In this document: positions 61,039 through 64,000 of the stretch, in pieces
Numbering within the stretch: the stretch's first letter is position 1
Layout: every line of letters begins with the position of its first letter
NCBI GenBank assembly: GCA_963666565.1
Contig: OY762911.1
Location: 1,376,001-1,440,000, forward strand
Direction: 5' to 3'
Length of the DNA stretch: 64,000 nt
Source: Thermoanaerobaculia bacterium
GTDB lineage: Bacteria; Acidobacteriota; Thermoanaerobaculia; Multivoradales; Multivoraceae
Notes under the pieces: model-generated
What the model was told of the DNA's origin: nothing
The model's database searches: none
Seen by the model: the letters and a program-made list of their open reading frames with translations, nothing else
Translations under genes and position numbers: made by a program

Positions 61039-62084
61039 CTACAATGCCAGCGCGGTCGAGAAGTCCGGCACTCCCTCCCAGCGCCCCGGATTGCTGGCCC
61101 GCATCACCGCGATCGTCTTGATCGCTTCCGGGTTCGCGATCCCGTGGGCATCTGGCCGGTGAGCACCCGGATCACGTTCTCGGCCTGGCGGATCGGGCAC
61201 TCGCCCAGGAACACGGGCGAGAAGCCGGCGATGTGCGGGGTCACGATGCAGTTGGGCAGCTTCAGCAGCGGGTCGTCCGGGTCGATCGGTTCCTTCTCCG
61301 TGACGTCGAGCGCGGCGGCCTCGATCCGGCCTTCGGCGAGCGCTTCGGCCAGCGCCGCGCCGTCGACGATCTTCCCGCGTGCCGCGTTGACCAGCAACGC
61401 CGTCGGCTTCATCAGCGCCAGGGTGTCCCTGTCGATCAGGTGGTGTGTCTCCTCGGTCATCGAGCAGTGGATCGTCACGTAGTCGGCCTCGGCGAGCAGC
61501 TCCTCGAGCGGCACGATCCGGACGCCGTAGAGGTCGGCCGCGACCTGGTCGACGTACGGGTCGGCGGCGATGATCCGCGCCGGGCCGAAGCCACGGACGC
61601 GGGTGGCGAAGGCGCGGCCGATGTTGCCGAAGCCGACGATGCCGACGGTGTGGCCGGCGATCCGGCGGGCGCGGGTGAGGAGTCCGATCATCGTTTCCCG
61701 ATGGCCCCAGCGGCCGTCGCGGGTCGTGCCGGCGGCGTCGACCACGCACCGCGTCAACGCGAGCATCAGCGCCATCGCGTGGTCGGCCACCTCGGTCGTG
61801 TTGGAACCGGGCACGTTGGTCGCCAGGATCCCGAGCTCGGTGGCGGCGTCGAGGTCGATCGAGTCGACGCCGACGCCCAGCCGGCTGACCACCTTGAGCT
61901 TCGGACAGCGCTCGAGCACCGAGCGCGACGTCAGCGGCATGACGCCGATCAGCGCGCCGTCGGCGTCGCCGAGGAGATCGGCCAGGTCGTCCTCGCTCCG
62001 GCAGACGCCCTCCACGACCTGGAAGCCCTGCGCTTCGAACAGATCCCCACGGTTGAAGGGGCTCTTCTGCATCGCTACTTTCAC
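61039..62084 (-). CDS. D-isomer-specific 2-hydroxyacid dehydrogenase (SerA/CtBP-like); apparent 1-nt frameshift near 61146
   Basis: GVGVD.ID, NVPG, VGFGNIG, LVN.ARG, ALDV...EP, TPH.A; a natural-looking C-terminus (PHGIANPEAIK...) continues in another frame to 61039, while the annotated frame stops at 61104. Confidence 0.85.
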
Positions 62085-62169
62085 GTTTCGCTCCTTGGGC
62101 CGGGGTCCTGGCGGCCGGGTTCGCGATGGGGTGTCCGGCCGGGGACGATACCGGTCGTCGGACTGGTCA

Positions 62170-62949
62170 TCACACGACGGGACAGAGTCCGCCGTCCAGG
62201 TTGATGGCGGTGCCGGTGATGTAGGCGCCGCGCTCCGAGACGAGGAACGCGATCAGGTCGGCGTACTCCTCGGCCTCGCCGACGCGGCCCAGGGGGACGC
62301 GCTTGCCCATCGCCTCGTAGACCGACTCGACGTCGACGCCCTGGCCTTCCGCCCGGCGCACCCACTGCTCGCTCTTGATCAGGCCGATGCAGATCGTGTT
62401 GACGCGGATGTTGTCGGCGGCGAGTTCGTTGGCGAGCGACTTCGTCAGGTTGATTCCGGCGGCCCGGGTGACGCTGGTCGGCAGCGCCCGCGCCGGCGCC
62501 GCCTTGCCGCCGCCGATCGTCGCGTTGACGATCGCGCCGCCGCCGCGTTCCCGCATCGACGGCACGACGCCCCGGCAGAAGCGCACCGCGCCCATCACCT
62601 TGAGCTGGATGTCCGCCATCCAGGCGTCGTCGTCCAGGGCTTCGAGCCCCTGGGCGGCCGAGGCGCCGGCGTTGTTGATCAGGATGTCGACGCCGCCGAA
62701 CTCGGCCGTCACCGCGTCGATGAAGCGGTCGACGTCGCTGCCCGACGTGACGTCGGCGGGCCGGGCGAAGACGTCGCCGCCGCCTCCCGCGCGCAACTGG
62801 GCCGCCGCCCGCTCCAGGTTCTCCGCCCGCCGCGCGCAGATCGCGACGTGGGCCCCCTCGCCCGCGAGCCGTCGCGCCGTCGCGAGCCCCATCCCATCGC
62901 TGCCGCCGGTGACGATCGCCACCTTGCCGTCAAGACCGAGTTCCAGCAT
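62170..62949 (-). CDS. SDR oxidoreductase (atypical active site)
   Basis: VTGGSDGMG, ILINNAG, NIRVN, PLGRVG..EE.A..I.FL.S....YITG.AI..DGG; SxxxR in place of YxxxK. Confidence 0.9.
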   Translation of the reverse strand: MLELGLDGKVAIVTGGSDGMGLATARRLAGEGAHVAICARRAENLERAAAQLRAGGGGDVFARPADVTSGSDVDRFIDAVTAEFGGVDILINNAGASAAQGLEALDDDAWMADIQLKVMGAVRFCRGVVPSMRERGGGAIVNATIGGGKAAPARALPTSVTRAAGINLTKSLANELAADNIRVNTICIGLIKSEQWVRRAEGQGVDVESVYEAMGKRVPLGRVGEAEEYADLIAFLVSERGAYITGTAINLDGGLCPVV

Positions 62950-63170
62950 TCGTTCCTTCCTCCGAGTTGTCCGCGTGAACCGCGAGTGTGCCTGCCACGA
63001 ACGGGTCGCGCAAGGCGGGGCGTCGCAGGCGGCGTCCGGCCTGGTCGCCGTCATCGGGGCGACGCGCTGTGCGGGCCGCCCATCGCCGAGTGATAGCCTC
63101 GCCTCGTCTGCGAGCGACCTCGGTCCATCGCCCCTTCCGAGGGAGGATCCTTCGTGGCGGCGGTGAGAGC

Positions 63171-63377
63171 ATGAACGGACGGGAGTTCATCAGACGAACC
63201 AGGCGATATGCGCGGAGGACGGAGCAGGACTTCCGTTTGGACACCCGCAGAGGGAAAGGAAGCCACGCGTTGCTCCGTCTGGGCAGCCGTCGGACCACCG
63301 TGCCGCAGGGGGAGATCGGCCGAGGGCTGCTGGCTTCCATGTTGAAGGACCTGAGTATCGACAGAGGAGAGTTCTGA
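63171..63377 (+). CDS. hicA: HicA-family mRNA interferase toxin
   Basis: GKGSH, TTVP..EI..GLL..M.KDL.I; directly upstream of hicB. Confidence 0.85.
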   Translation: MNGREFIRRTRRYARRTEQDFRLDTRRGKGSHALLRLGSRRTTVPQGEIGRGLLASMLKDLSIDRGEF

Positions 63378-63380
63378 CCG

Positions 63381-63809
63381 ATGCGCTACGCCTATCCCTG
63401 TGTTCTCAACCCTGAGGAGGATGGTGGCTTCTATGTTGTCTTTCCCGACGTTCCGGGCGCGCTGACGTGCGGCGACGACCGAGCCGAAGCGCTGGAAATG
63501 GCGGTGGACGCCCTTGTAGCCATACTCGCCAGTCACGTCCACAACGGAGAGGACCTTCCGACCCCAAGCGCCGTTGTGGATGGCCAGGAGGTCGTGGCCG
63601 TTCCGCCCGTTCCCGCCGCCAAGCTGGCGCTCTACTCGGCGATGCGGGAACAGGGTCTCAGCGAGGCGGCTCTGGCCAAGCAGCTCGGCTTGGACGAGGC
63701 TTCGGTCGGCAAGCTGCTCGATCCGGACCGCTACTCCCACATCAGCAGAGTCACGAACGCCCTTAGAGCCGTCGGGCGCAGTCTCGTGGTCGAAGACAGG
63801 GTGGCTTAG
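63381..63809 (+). CDS. hicB: HicB-family antitoxin with C-terminal HTH
   Basis: YP..L.PEEDGGF.V.FPD.PGA.T.G....EA..MA.DAL, P.PS, AAKLALY..M, LA..LG. Confidence 0.92.
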   Translation: MRYAYPCVLNPEEDGGFYVVFPDVPGALTCGDDRAEALEMAVDALVAILASHVHNGEDLPTPSAVVDGQEVVAVPPVPAAKLALYSAMREQGLSEAALAKQLGLDEASVGKLLDPDRYSHISRVTNALRAVGRSLVVEDRVA

Positions 63810-63853
63810 CGCCGCCAGTTCGACGTGGCGGTCGTTGACAGGCAGCGAGCGGC

Positions 63854-64000
63854 TTGAGTGATGGCCTGAACCTGGCGATCCTCGCCGCCGGCCGTTCGGC
63901 GAGGTTCGGCCGACCGAAGACGCTCGAGCCGGTGGGGCCGAGCGGCGAGGTGCTGTTCGAGTATGCGATCTGCGAAGCGATCCGCGCCGGCTGCGGGAAG
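63854..64000 (+). CDS. Nucleotidyltransferase (NTP_transf_3 / sugar-phosphate NTase-like), 5' partial
   Basis: LAILAAG.S.RFG.PK.LEPVGPSGE.L.EY.I..AIRAG; runs off the window end. Confidence 0.8.
   Translation, partial: MSDGLNLAILAAGRSARFGRPKTLEPVGPSGEVLFEYAICEAIRAGCGK

Overview
High-GC bacterial chromosomal segment. The gene content (DUF3604, DUF5916, PQQ beta-propeller dehydrogenases, sulfotransferase/DUF1214, many TA modules) resembles Acidobacteriota or similar host-associated MAGs, but that is inference only. It holds about 50 genes and no rRNA, tRNA, CRISPR array, integrase or transposase that I can see. Main points: (1) A type I R-M operon (12524-21918) whose HsdS carries an N-terminal MNT nucleotidyltransferase with an intact GSX10DXD motif. 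It follows a HEPN-family gene that has lost its RX4HXY motif, and a PARIS-like ABC-ATPase plus Toprim (DUF4276-like) pair sits between hsdS and hsdR. (2) A minus-strand operon (45833-52308) with a His-rich Ni/Co-permease-like gene, a P1B heavy-metal ATPase fused to an HflK/SPFH domain, HflC, a second HflK and a small membrane-anchored protein, with no ftsH in the window. hflC and hflK are linked by two duplicated, translationally coupled 23-aa mini-ORFs. (3) A dispersed REP-like multi-hairpin element (foot CTGGGTGC, 7-bp stems, GNA loops; at least 15 copies) that repeatedly sits in frame inside protein termini. (4) Recurrent diverged 60-70 bp local duplications inside genes. All family assignments come from motif recognition by eye; no database searches were run.
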